Shown: piece by piece, positions 54,269-61,525 of the stretch
How the letters are laid out: every line of letters starts with the position of its first letter
How positions within the stretch are numbered: the stretch's first letter is position 1
Source: an uncultured Burkholderiales bacterium
GTDB taxonomy: Bacteria; Pseudomonadota; Gammaproteobacteria; Burkholderiales; Burkholderiaceae_C
NCBI GenBank assembly: GCA_903961095.1
Contig: CAJCDH010000034.1
Coordinates: forward strand, 1-61,525
Direction: 5' to 3'
DNA: 61,525 bases
Program-made: the position numbers and the translations under genes
The notes under the pieces: generated by a model
What the model was told of the DNA's origin: nothing
What the model saw: the letters and a program-made list of their open reading frames with translations, nothing else
Database searches by the model: none

Positions 54269-54775
54269 ATGACAAATCATCAACATCCTCATGCACATAC
54301 AGACAATACAGAACCAACAGACTGGAAACATGATGGCGTTAGAGTAGTGCCAGGCAATCAACTTGACGGCAACGTTCCATCTACCCCAGGCATGGACAGA
54401 AAAGCAGCCATCAACTTTGCAAGAGTAGGCGCAGAAAAACTATGGGCTGGCACCGTCACCATTCACGCTAACGCCAAAACCGGGGCGCACCATCATGGCC
54501 CTCTTGAAAGCGAGATTTATGTGATCAAGGGTCGCGCCCGCATGCGTTGGGGTGATCAATTAGAGTTCACAGCAGAAGCCGGGCCGGGCGATTTCATTTA
54601 TGTGCCGCCCTTTGTGCCGCACCAAGAAATCAACGCCAGCGCGACCGAAGTGTTGGAGTGCGTGCTTTGCCGAAGCGACGGCCAAGCTGTTTCGGTTAAC
54701 TTGGACATTGAGCCCATCGAAAAACCTGAACAGGTCCTTTGGATTGACCCCACGCACCCGCATGGCGGGGTCTAA
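54269..54775 (+). CDS. Cupin domain protein
   Basis: Cupin metal motifs 'GAHHHGPLES' and 'GPGDFIYVPPFVPHQE'. Confidence 0.9.
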   Translation: MTNHQHPHAHTDNTEPTDWKHDGVRVVPGNQLDGNVPSTPGMDRKAAINFARVGAEKLWAGTVTIHANAKTGAHHHGPLESEIYVIKGRARMRWGDQLEFTAEAGPGDFIYVPPFVPHQEINASATEVLECVLCRSDGQAVSVNLDIEPIEKPEQVLWIDPTHPHGGV

Positions 54776-54838
54776 TGGGGATAAGGGGAATAAGGGTGCT
54801 ACGGCAGCAAGGTGCTTGCAATGCACCCAGCTACAAGC

Positions 54839-55819
54839 TCAATCTATTTTGGCGCCTGAATCTTTCACAATTTTGGCCCAGCGCACCAAGTCAGACTTCA
54901 CAATTTGCGCAAGCTGATCGCCAGTACCTTTGAAAGGCTCGCAGCCTAAGGTTGCCAAACGGTCCTGAGCATCTTTCGCATCCAAGGCCTTGGCCACGTC
55001 ATTTTGAATTTGCAGCAAAATGTTTTTGGGTGTTCCTGCAGGCGCAAACATGCCATACCAAGGTGTGGCGCCAAATCCAGGCACGGTCTCGCCAATCGTG
55101 GGTGAGTCTGGCAAGGCAGCCAGGCGTTTTTCATTGACAACACCCAAGACCTTGAGTTTGCCGGCACGGATAAATGCAATTGAAGAAGGCATGCTTTGAA
55201 CAGACAAAGGCACTTGCCCCCCCACCACATCGGTCGCTGCCGCTGCGGCAGCTTTATAAGGGATGTGCTGAAGTTGAATGTCGGTGGCCTTTTGCAACAT
55301 CTCACCAATCAAATGGTTCAAGGTACCGTTGCCTGCGGAGGCAATGGACAAGGCGCCTGGCTTGGAGTTGGCTAGGGCAATGAGCTCGGCCACATTGTTG
55401 GCCGGCACGCTAGGATTGGCAACCAACACATAACCGGCTTTTGCCAAGGGGGCGATAGGGTCAAAGTCTTTGACCGGATCGAAGCCTGTTTTGGCATACA
55501 AAGCTGGGTTGATGACCTGCGCACTGTCTGCATTGACCAACAGGGTGTAACCATCATTCTTGGCTTTGGCGGCATATGCTGTTCCAACATTGCCACCTGC
55601 ACCGGGCCGATTTTCAACGAGCACCGTTTGACCCCATTGATCAGAAAGCTTTTGCGCAATGACCCTGGCAATGGCGTCATTGGCACCACCAGCGGCCTGT
55701 GGCACCACCAAGGTCACTGGGCGTGATGGAAACTTCTCTTGCGCCAAGGCAAGCCCAGACATGGAAAGGCACAAACCCAAGCTGGCAATCTTCAAAATGG
55801 CAAAACGTCGATGAGTCAT
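54839..55819 (-). CDS. Bug/TctC tripartite tricarboxylate transporter substrate-binding protein
   Basis: 'FPSRPVTLVVP..AGG..D', 'VENRPGAGG', 'DGYTLL' and 'HIPYK'. Confidence 0.93.
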   Translation of the reverse strand: MTHRRFAILKIASLGLCLSMSGLALAQEKFPSRPVTLVVPQAAGGANDAIARVIAQKLSDQWGQTVLVENRPGAGGNVGTAYAAKAKNDGYTLLVNADSAQVINPALYAKTGFDPVKDFDPIAPLAKAGYVLVANPSVPANNVAELIALANSKPGALSIASAGNGTLNHLIGEMLQKATDIQLQHIPYKAAAAAATDVVGGQVPLSVQSMPSSIAFIRAGKLKVLGVVNEKRLAALPDSPTIGETVPGFGATPWYGMFAPAGTPKNILLQIQNDVAKALDAKDAQDRLATLGCEPFKGTGDQLAQIVKSDLVRWAKIVKDSGAKID

Positions 55820-55928
55820 TGGAAACCTTCAGAAAGGAAAAAAACGGTGCCTTTCAACGCTGTGAATTTCAAGGCACAAGTACAAGTTTTCATTGTTCAC
55901 CCAAAATAACAAGTCTCCAAGTCGGGTT

Positions 55929-55937
55929 TGCCATAAT
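55929..55937 (+). promoter_or_regulatory. Candidate extended -10 promoter for the selD-relic/selU unit
   Basis: TG-C-CATAAT about 60 nt upstream of the relic ORF ATG at 55997. Confidence 0.4.
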
Positions 55938-55996
55938 CAAGACTCTTCCAAAATCCATACAACACTCCAATGCCAGCTTGGCGCAATTGCTCTTTA

Positions 55997-56086
55997 ATGA
56001 CATCTCTCCTTCCCAACTGTCCACAATCCCCTAGCCTCTTAATCGGAGGGCCTTGTGCTTGCAACAATGCCCCAGGTGTTTTGTGA
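55997..56086 (+). pseudogene. selD: 5' remnant of selenophosphate synthetase selD (29 codons; alternative in-frame ATG at 55970)
   Basis: Translates to MTSLLPNCPQSPSLLIGGPCACNNAPGVL*. It aligns without gaps to the SelD N-terminal motif as I recall it (RLTSLSHGGGCGCKIAPGVL). Its TGA overlaps the selU GTG (GTGA). Confidence 0.72.
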
Positions 56087-57156
56087 GCGTGAACCCTGTC
56101 AGTGCCAAAGAGGCCATGGCCCGAATGTCCTTGCCAATGGGGCTAGGCGGTTACAGCGCCATCATTGACGCCAGAAGTGAAGGCGAGTTCGCTCTTGATC
56201 ATTTGCCTGGTGCGGTCAATTGGCCTTCCCTGAACAATGAGCAACGAATCGATATTGGCACCCTCTACAAACAAGTAGGATCGTTTGAGGCTAAGAAAAA
56301 AGGTGCGGCATTGGTTGCAGCCAATATTGCTCGCCACATTGACCAGCACGTCATTGAGCTGCCAAAAGAATGGCAACCCCTGGTGTATTGCTGGCGCGGC
56401 GGAAAACGCAGCGGCTCTTTGGCACTCATCTTGGGCCAAATTGGATTTAAGGTGGCCATCGTTGAAGGCGGCTACAAGGCCTTTCGAAGCGAGCTGGTCA
56501 CGGCCATTCCGCCCTTGGCTGAGAACCTTCAATGGCGCGTCATTTGCGGCCCCACTGGCTCTGGCAAAACAAGACTCTTGCATTGCTTAAAAGCGCAAGG
56601 TGCACAGATTTTAGATTTGGAAGGTCTGGCAAACCATCGCAGCTCAGTGCTCGGATTCATTCCCGGCGAACCTCAGCCAAGTCAGAAAAACTTTGAAACG
56701 CTCATCTGGGATGCTCTGCGAAAAATGGATCCCACGCAACCCGTTTATGTCGAGTCAGAAAGTCGCAAAGTAGGCAATCTGGCAGTCCCTGAATCACTGA
56801 TCGTGGCCGTTCGGTCAGGACAATGCTATCGACTTGAACTCTCAGAAGATGAACGGGTCAAACTCTTGTTAGAGGACTATGATTTTTTTGTCAAAGATCC
56901 TGCACTTTTCTCGAAGCGCCTAGACGCCTTGGTGGCCATTCGAGGCAAACAAGTGATAGACACTTGGCAGACTCAGATTCAAAATCAGCAAATTGACATT
57001 GTTGTGCGCGAACTACTCACCTTGCACTACGATCCGACATATTTTGCATCGATGAAAAGAAATTTTGAACAAATTGACAGCGCCAAAGTGCTGCATGCCG
57101 ACAACCGATCACATGACTGCCTCGCAACTCTAGCGCAATCGATGCTTGCGCAATGA
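56083..57156 (+). CDS. selU: tRNA 2-selenouridine/geranyl-2-thiouridine synthase
   Basis: Rhodanese domain (IDARS..EF..DH.PGA.N.P; YCWRGGKRS) plus P-loop GPTGSGKT, 'DLEGLANHRSS', 'ESESRKVG' and 'HYDPTY'. Confidence 0.95.
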   Translation: MSVNPVSAKEAMARMSLPMGLGGYSAIIDARSEGEFALDHLPGAVNWPSLNNEQRIDIGTLYKQVGSFEAKKKGAALVAANIARHIDQHVIELPKEWQPLVYCWRGGKRSGSLALILGQIGFKVAIVEGGYKAFRSELVTAIPPLAENLQWRVICGPTGSGKTRLLHCLKAQGAQILDLEGLANHRSSVLGFIPGEPQPSQKNFETLIWDALRKMDPTQPVYVESESRKVGNLAVPESLIVAVRSGQCYRLELSEDERVKLLLEDYDFFVKDPALFSKRLDALVAIRGKQVIDTWQTQIQNQQIDIVVRELLTLHYDPTYFASMKRNFEQIDSAKVLHADNRSHDCLATLAQSMLAQ

Positions 57157-57216
57157 ACTCTAGCTTGGAGCTTAAAGCCTCATTCCTTTTAAAGCATCAT
57201 TGAAAAAACTCAAACA

Positions 57217-58407
57217 ATGCCACACCAACCTGCTTCCTCCGCTCTGGCCAGATTCAGAGTCATCGACCTGACGCAAGTTAGAGCCGGGCCCACTGCCTGT
57301 CGCCAATTGGCCGACTGGGGCGCTGACGTGGTTCAGGTGCAAATGCCCGAGCACATGCGCGGCGATGACACCTTAGGCGGGCAAGAAGGCTCCGACTATC
57401 AGTACACCCACAGAAACAAACGCTCAATCACCCTTAATTTAAAAGAGCCTGAAGGCATTCAGTTGCTGAAAAAGTTAATTGACAAAGCCGACGTAGTGGT
57501 TGAGAACTTCAGGCCCGATGTGAAGTTTCGTTTAGGTATCGACTACGAGAGTTTGAAACTCAGCAACCCTGGCTTGGTCTACGCTAGCATTTCGGGCTTT
57601 GGTCAAACCGGACCCTTGGCCACCCGACCTGGCTTTGATCAAATTGCGCAAGGCATGGGGGGCTTGATGTCAGTCACCGGTTTGGCAGAGCAAGGCCCAA
57701 TGCGTGTGGGTATTCCCATTGCCGATTTGTGCGCCGGCATTTTTGCAGCGCAAGGTATTTTGGTCGCATTGCTAGAGCGCGAAAAATCGGGACAAGGCCA
57801 GTGGCTTCACACGTCATTGTTGGAGTCCATGGTTTACATGATGGACTTTCAAACTTCCAGATGGCTCATCGATCAAGAAGTGGCCACACAAGCAGGTAAC
57901 TTTCATCCCACCAGCATTCCCACTGGCGTTTACAAGGCCAGAGATGGCTACATGAACATTGCAGTCTTTGGCTCCAAAATTTGGGAACGCTTTTGCGATA
58001 TCTTGGAAGCCCCGCAATGGGTTACCGATCCACGCTTCCACGACAAACCCAGCCGCTCGGTCAACCGCGATGCCCTCAATCTGGAGATCAATGAGCGCTT
58101 GGGCAAAAAAGACTGTGCGCATTGGATTGAACAACTCAATGCAGGCGGTGTAGCTTGCGGTTTGATCAACAGCATGGACCAAGTGTTCGAAGAGCCTCAA
58201 ATTAAACACCTGAAGATGGTCAAAGATGTGGTGTCCAAACACCAAGGACCGCAGCGCATGGTGGGCCAACCCGTGCAACTTGAACGCACACCCAGCAGCA
58301 TCGCCAGATCTGCACCTCGGCGCGGCGAGCACACCGAAGAAATACTGAAAGAAATTGGCGTTCAAGCCGAAGACTTAACGCGCCTGAAATCTACTGGAGT
58401 TTATTGA
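57217..58407 (+). CDS. CaiB/BaiF family III CoA-transferase
   Basis: 'VIDLTQVRAGP', 'RNKRSI', 'ADVVVENFRP', 'SISGFGQTGP', and catalytic Asp in 'PIADLCAG'. Confidence 0.93.
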   Translation: MPHQPASSALARFRVIDLTQVRAGPTACRQLADWGADVVQVQMPEHMRGDDTLGGQEGSDYQYTHRNKRSITLNLKEPEGIQLLKKLIDKADVVVENFRPDVKFRLGIDYESLKLSNPGLVYASISGFGQTGPLATRPGFDQIAQGMGGLMSVTGLAEQGPMRVGIPIADLCAGIFAAQGILVALLEREKSGQGQWLHTSLLESMVYMMDFQTSRWLIDQEVATQAGNFHPTSIPTGVYKARDGYMNIAVFGSKIWERFCDILEAPQWVTDPRFHDKPSRSVNRDALNLEINERLGKKDCAHWIEQLNAGGVACGLINSMDQVFEEPQIKHLKMVKDVVSKHQGPQRMVGQPVQLERTPSSIARSAPRRGEHTEEILKEIGVQAEDLTRLKSTGVY

Positions 58408-59216
58408 TGAGTGAAGTTAGCTACCAATCGCCCACCGAGCGTGTTGAAACATGGTTAGACCAAACCACACTGCACATTCGATTTAACAATGTGGCACGCC
58501 ACAATGCTTTGTCGGTTGACATGTGGGAGGCCGTCCCGGCTCTTTTGTCGCAAGCTGAAAATGACCTGCGAGTTCGCTTGGTTGTATTTTCTGGTGCTGG
58601 CGAAAAGGCATTTGTATCTGGCGCAGACATCTCGCAATTTGAAGACATGCGGGCCGCCAAAGAAGCCGTCACCCGCTATGAGCACATGGCCGAAACCGCA
58701 CTCATGAGCATTTACAACTTTCCCAAACCCACGCTGGCATGTATTCGGGGCTATTGCATCGGTGGCGGAGTCAATGTTGCCATCAGCTGTGACATGCGCA
58801 TAGCAGCAAGTGATGCCGTGTTTTCTGTGCCTGCGGCCAAACTGGGCCTTGGCTATCGCTATTCAGCCATGAAAAATTTGGTGGACTTGATTGGTCCTGG
58901 TGCAGCCAACGATTTGTTTTTCACAGCCAGGCGCTTAGACGCCAGAGAGGCCCTACAGATAGGCTTGGTCAGCCGCATCTGCGAAACAGAAAAATTGCCT
59001 GAGTTATTGGCGGAATACACCTCAGCGCTTGCAGCCAACGCCCCCATCACCATTGCAGCCGCCAAAGCCATCACCAAAGAAATTCTCAAGCCATCGCCCG
59101 AGCTAGAGATGGCGCTTTGTCAGCAACTCATTCGCAACTGCTTTGATTCTGCCGATTACGCCGAAGGACGCAAAGCATTCATGGAAAAACGCAAACCTGT
59201 CTTCAAAGGACAATGA
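58407..59216 (+). CDS. Enoyl-CoA hydratase/isomerase family protein
   Basis: 'AFVSGADISQF', 'GYCIGGG', 'PAAKLGLGY' and 'EGRKAFMEKRKP'; TGATG coupling to the CaiB gene. Confidence 0.92.
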   Translation: MSEVSYQSPTERVETWLDQTTLHIRFNNVARHNALSVDMWEAVPALLSQAENDLRVRLVVFSGAGEKAFVSGADISQFEDMRAAKEAVTRYEHMAETALMSIYNFPKPTLACIRGYCIGGGVNVAISCDMRIAASDAVFSVPAAKLGLGYRYSAMKNLVDLIGPGAANDLFFTARRLDAREALQIGLVSRICETEKLPELLAEYTSALAANAPITIAAAKAITKEILKPSPELEMALCQQLIRNCFDSADYAEGRKAFMEKRKPVFKGQ

Positions 59217-60205
59217 TCATGAAATCTTATTGGATGCACATCGCCGATGTGGCCAACCCCATTGAACTGCGCGACGTAGCCGTGCCTGAAGCAGGCCCAA
59301 CACAAGCCTTGGTCAAAGTGCATGCTGCGGGTTTAAACCGAGGCGAATTCATCAAAGGACATGGCTTGCATGGCAGCCAAGGTGCCAAGGCCATCGGCAT
59401 GGAAGCTGCAGGCGAGATTGTGGCGATTGGCGACAAAGTTGCTTCCCTGTCGCACTTTAAAGTGGGCCATCGCGTCATGGCCCGTTGCGCTGGAAGCTTC
59501 TCTGAATATGTGCTCATGGACGTGCGAGAGATGATGGCTGTACCCGAATCACTTTCATGGGAGGAAGCCGCCAGCATCCCCATCACCTTTCTTGTGACCT
59601 ACGACTTGTTGGTACAGCAGGGCAAACTCAAAACAAACGATTGCTTGCTCATCAATGGCGTCTCATCGGGTGTGGGCGTCGCATCGCTGCAAATGGGCAA
59701 AGCACTGGGCGCCAAGGTGATCGGCACTTCTGGATCACAAGCCAAGCTGAATCAGTTAATGCCCTTGGGCTTGGACTTAGGTATTTGCTCTAGAGCACCC
59801 AACTTTTACGATGCGGTGATGAGCGCCACTGATGGCAAAGGCGCGCAACTCATTGTGAACTCGGTAGGTGGCTCCGTGTTTGAAGAAAGCCTTAAGTGCC
59901 TCTGCTTCCAAGGAAGATTGGGCACTGTGGGTTATGTCGATGGGGTGTTGAATGCCCCATTGAACATTGAAGTCCTTCACGCCAAAAGACTCACCTTGTT
60001 TGGCGTCTCCAACAAGTTGCGCTCCCCTGAGCAGCGTGCTGAACCAGTGCCCGGCTTTGTCAAAGATATTCTGCCAGCCTTTGCAGATGGCCGAATTCGC
60101 GCTTACATCGATTCAGTTTTTGAATTCAATGACCTGGTGGCCGCTAAAGCACACATGGAAAGTAATTCACACGTTGGCAAAATTATTTTGAAAGGCATCT
60201 CATGA
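59213..60205 (+). CDS. MDR-family NAD(P)H:quinone oxidoreductase-like protein
   Basis: 'VHAAGLNR', 'GMEAAG', 'GVSSGVG' and 'HVGKIIL'; no catalytic Zn cysteine set. Confidence 0.88.
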   Translation: MIMKSYWMHIADVANPIELRDVAVPEAGPTQALVKVHAAGLNRGEFIKGHGLHGSQGAKAIGMEAAGEIVAIGDKVASLSHFKVGHRVMARCAGSFSEYVLMDVREMMAVPESLSWEEAASIPITFLVTYDLLVQQGKLKTNDCLLINGVSSGVGVASLQMGKALGAKVIGTSGSQAKLNQLMPLGLDLGICSRAPNFYDAVMSATDGKGAQLIVNSVGGSVFEESLKCLCFQGRLGTVGYVDGVLNAPLNIEVLHAKRLTLFGVSNKLRSPEQRAEPVPGFVKDILPAFADGRIRAYIDSVFEFNDLVAAKAHMESNSHVGKIILKGIS

Positions 60206-61182
60206 AACATCATTACCTTTTATCTCTTTTGTGCTTTAGCTTTGCAAGCATGAGCACATTCGCGCAGGTTCAAACGCCTGCCAATTACCCCAATAAGCCT
60301 GTCAAGCTTGTGGTGGGATTTGCGCCAGGTGGTGCCGCAGATTATGTTGCCCGCAATATCAGCGATGCCATGGGCAAAGCCTTAGGTCAATCCATCATTG
60401 TTGAAAACAAAGCAGGCGCAGGCTCCAGCATTGCAGCGGAGGCTGTCTCTAAAGCAGCGCCCGATGGCTACACCGTTTTGATTGCAAGTCCTAGCAGCAT
60501 CTCAGTCAACCCAGCCCTCAACACCAAGCTTGGCTATGCGCCCAAAGACTTGTTTCCTGTGACCAAAATTACGTCATCGCCTTTGGTCATTGCAGCCAAT
60601 CCCAATGCGGGCATCAACAGCTTGACCGAGCTTGTGGTCAAGGCCAAGAAAGCGCCGGGCACCATCAATTACGCCACATCTGGCAACGGCTCAGCACCCC
60701 ATTTGGGCGCGGCCTTATTTGCTCAAATTGCTGGCATTGAAATGACGCACATCCCCTTCAGGGGCGGCGCCCCTGCTGTTCAATCTGTGGTGGCTGGCGA
60801 CACACAACTGACCTTTGGCACACCCCCTTCTGTGTTGCCAATGATTCAAGGCGGTCGGCTAAAGGGCTTGGGTGTGAGCACCAAAGAAAAATCTGCATTG
60901 GTTCCAGGCATTCCTGGCTCCATTGAAGCGGGCTTTCCCGACTATGCCATTGAGTTTTGGTATGGCATTTTCTTACCTAACGGCACACCACCAGCCGTTG
61001 TTAAAAAGATTTTTGATGCAGCTCAATTTGCCATGGCGCAACCCAACGTGAAGGCCGCATTGGCTCGCGAAGGGACTGAAGTCGATGTCTCTAAATCACC
61101 AGAGCAATTTGCAAGTTTCTTGACTGAGGATTCAAAATTTTGGGTCAAGCTTGTTAAAACTGCAGGTGTCAAATTAGATTGA
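60202..61182 (+). CDS. Bug/TctC tripartite tricarboxylate transporter substrate-binding protein
   Basis: 'YPNKPVKLVVGFAPGGAAD', 'ENKAGAG', 'PDGYT' and 'HIPFRGGAPA'. Confidence 0.93.
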   Translation: MKHHYLLSLLCFSFASMSTFAQVQTPANYPNKPVKLVVGFAPGGAADYVARNISDAMGKALGQSIIVENKAGAGSSIAAEAVSKAAPDGYTVLIASPSSISVNPALNTKLGYAPKDLFPVTKITSSPLVIAANPNAGINSLTELVVKAKKAPGTINYATSGNGSAPHLGAALFAQIAGIEMTHIPFRGGAPAVQSVVAGDTQLTFGTPPSVLPMIQGGRLKGLGVSTKEKSALVPGIPGSIEAGFPDYAIEFWYGIFLPNGTPPAVVKKIFDAAQFAMAQPNVKAALAREGTEVDVSKSPEQFASFLTEDSKFWVKLVKTAGVKLD

Positions 61183-61332
61183 ATGACGCATACAAGAGCG
61201 ACAACATCAACGTCAATGTTGTCCGAAAGTTGACAGAAATATTTAATTATTTCGGTCAACAACTGTGTCCTCCTTGCCGTTGAATAATCACTCCCGATCG
61301 GTGGAGTTTTCAAACAACATGAAGGAAACATC

Positions 61333-61525
61333 ATGACTAAACTTCTCGCTACCTTGATCATTGGCACATTCTCAATGGCTGCTTTTGCCGCAACACCCGC
61401 TACGTCCGCTACGCCTGCAACACCTGCGGCACCTGTCAAAGCCGAAGCCAAAGCAGATGCAAAAGTAGTGGCCAAAACGGAAGTCAAAGCTGAAGCCAAA
61501 ACAGAATCAAAGAAGGCTGAAAAAA
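61333..61525 (+). CDS. Secreted low-complexity Ala/Lys/Pro-rich protein, truncated by window end (not in ORF track)
   Basis: AAGGA SD, then ATG 61333: MTKLLATLIIGTFSMAAFA|ATPATSATPATPAAPVKAEAKADAKVVAKTEVKAEAKTESKKAEK... Signal peptide ends in AFA. Confidence 0.8.
   Translation, partial: MTKLLATLIIGTFSMAAFAATPATSATPATPAAPVKAEAKADAKVVAKTEVKAEAKTESKKAEK

Noticed and set aside
54776-54838. GGGGATAAGGGGAATAAGGG short repeat and weak GGGTGC/GCACCC hairpin between convergent genes
   Set aside because: It is too short and irregular, with no U-tract, so I cannot support a terminator or repeat element.
56084-56092. TGA of the selD relic as a selenocysteine read-through codon
   Set aside because: It is not at the catalytic Cys/Sec position, which is TGT here. 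A second in-frame TGA follows one codon later (TGA GCG TGA).
61023-61499. 158-aa minus-strand ORF
   Set aside because: It is the antisense shadow of the Bug gene end and of the Ala/Lys-rich secreted gene, which has the SD and signal peptide.

Overview
A 61.5 kb chromosomal window from a betaproteobacterium. The gene order (holC-pepA-lptFG-cbiX-cysB, smc-dapC, tolB-pal-cpoB-tRNA-Lys, Bug/TctC receptors) points to Comamonadaceae, possibly a streamlined Limnohabitans-like freshwater lineage; this taxonomy is inferred. It holds about 53 complete or partial CDS, one tRNA-Lys(UUU) and two clear intrinsic terminators. I saw no integrase, transposase, CRISPR array or prophage. Content is housekeeping genes plus peptide and organic-acid scavenging: two Opp/Dpp ABC operons, M3/M14/M17/M20 hydrolases, two Bug receptors, and a CaiB-ECH-QOR operon. 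The most unusual signals lie outside the ORF track. (1) A 29-codon relic of the selD 5' end is translationally coupled to an intact selU/mnmH, suggesting SelU without its selenium donor. (2) The isocitrate dehydrogenase keeps its catalytic residues but has a rewritten NADP-binding loop. (3) Four phased 15-bp units, each with an AAC-N5-GTT palindrome, abut a cupin gene whose 5' third has sharply different codon usage. (4) dapC joins dapE directly with no dapD. (5) A secreted Cys-rich orphan protein sits behind a canonically spaced FNR-type promoter.
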